Assembly (NCBI GenBank): GCA_002269645.1
Contig: NIVC01000632.1
Coordinates: 248,001-312,000 of the forward strand
Length of the DNA: 64,000 bases
Direction: 5' to 3'
From: Macrostomum lignano
Lineage: Eukaryota
In this document: piece after piece, positions 63,851 through 64,000 of the stretch
How positions within the stretch are numbered: position 1 is the first letter of the stretch
Layout of the letters: every line of letters begins with the position of its first letter
Translations under genes and position numbers: made by a program
The notes under the pieces: generated by a model
Databases searched by the model: none
What the model was told of the DNA's origin: nothing
What the model saw: the letters and a program-made list of their open reading frames with translations, nothing else

Positions 63851-64000
63851 GTGGGAGCTTTTTGCGTGGCAGATTTCTACTCTTAAGTCCTGTCAAATTG
63901 GATGAAGGAGACAGAGGGAGAGAGGGAGACACTGAGGGAAGAGGGAGACAGTGAGGGAAGAGGGAGACAGTGAGGGAAGAGATGGAGACAGTGGGGGAGA

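Overview
Eukaryotic (animal) genomic DNA with GT-AG introns, GC-rich low-complexity exons and introns packed with tandem repeats. The style suggests the flatworm Macrostomum, but this is an inference. By manual translation and recalled family motifs I can reconstruct: POLR3C (5' end outside the window, one apparent frameshift), CHCHD1/mS37, an intronless RIMS-binding-protein-like gene (coiled coil + FN3 + SH3), PPP2R3C, a secreted PAN-like + C-type lectin, SMC4, a MATE/SLC47 transporter, a SMURF-type HECT E3 ligase and a possible first exon of an unknown gene. Most long ORFs in the supplied track are translated minisatellites. Intergenic and intronic DNA holds two tRNA-derived SINEs, an RTE-like LINE fragment, a deleted mariner with a 290-bp element nested in its left TIR, a Merlin derivative and several MITE-like elements. 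The two most notable signals are (1) DNA-transposon relics showing CpG loss plus TpG/CpA-to-TpA changes, resembling fungal RIP, and (2) 23 of 31 reconstructed introns carrying a tandem array that usually starts next to the splice donor, and in some cases contains donor-like motifs.
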